The position numbers were made by a program, and so were the translations under genes. Of a DNA stretch of 64,000 nt, positions 63,714-64,000 are shown one piece after another. This DNA comes from Nitrosopumilus sp. (lineage in GTDB: Archaea; Thermoproteota; Nitrososphaeria; Nitrososphaerales; Nitrosopumilaceae): positions 1,120,001 to 1,184,000 of the forward strand of contig OZ244732.1 of assembly GCA_965219345.1 (NCBI GenBank), in the 5' to 3' direction. The notes below the pieces were generated by a model. That model ran no database searches and was not told the DNA's origin. It worked only from the letters and a program-made list of their open reading frames with translations. Every line of letters begins with the position of its first letter. The first letter of the stretch is position 1.

Positions 63714-64000
63714 ATATTATGAGTACATCTAAAAAACAAAAAACTAATTTTCAAAAATATCTTTGTGTGGATCCTAGTTTTTTTTCTAGTGTAAAACGAT
63801 TTGATACTCTTCCAGATGTTTTGAATAATTTAAAAAATTCTGAATCAAAAATTGTTTTACCTTCATCGTTAAAACCACTTTCTCCACATCGTGATGACTA
63901 TAATGAAAGACTTTCAACGGATCTGATGTTATAGAATTTCTGCAAAAGTGGAATCCTTTTTTTAATAAAAAAATTAAAACAGAATTTATATCCATTAAAG

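Overview
AT-rich genome segment from an ammonia-oxidising archaeon (Nitrosopumilaceae, Thaumarchaeota), possibly host-associated given the decayed defence and mobile-element debris and the giant repetitive adhesin. 1-6.7 kb is a decayed defence island: two divergent silent type I R-M hsdS half-cassettes at a palindromic crossover-like site, a third hsdS tail, a Panacea-like antitoxin with a frameshifted RelE-like toxin, a cas1 fragment with a one-spacer CRISPR, and Zn-finger remnants, followed by a LivK-like binding protein. 6.7-16 kb holds a 2305-aa surface protein (14 LVIVD-type blades plus about 56 x 20-aa stalk repeats) divergent from a G15-preceded three-gene cluster led by a phage-tail-fibre-like secreted subunit, then an IS481 relic. 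16-61.7 kb is mostly core backbone: 3HP/4HB-cycle genes, dnaG, ribK/ribL, dph5, the LysW-dependent lys/arg operon, a sulfonate/nitrate ABC transporter, split metH, metF, ribosomal proteins, ftsZ, mtaB, fumC/aspA, nirK, serA, nurA-herA-mre11-rad50 and nadX. 61.8-64 kb is a second decayed island. Top leads: (1) two ectopic repeat/38-bp-insert/repeat units built from host coding sequence, resembling off-target Cas1-Cas2 integrations; (2) a possibly phase-variable, repeat-templated surface fibre system; (3) a possible archaeal hsdS shufflon; (4) a LysW paralogue ending in Gln. All family assignments are from motif recognition by eye, with no database searches.
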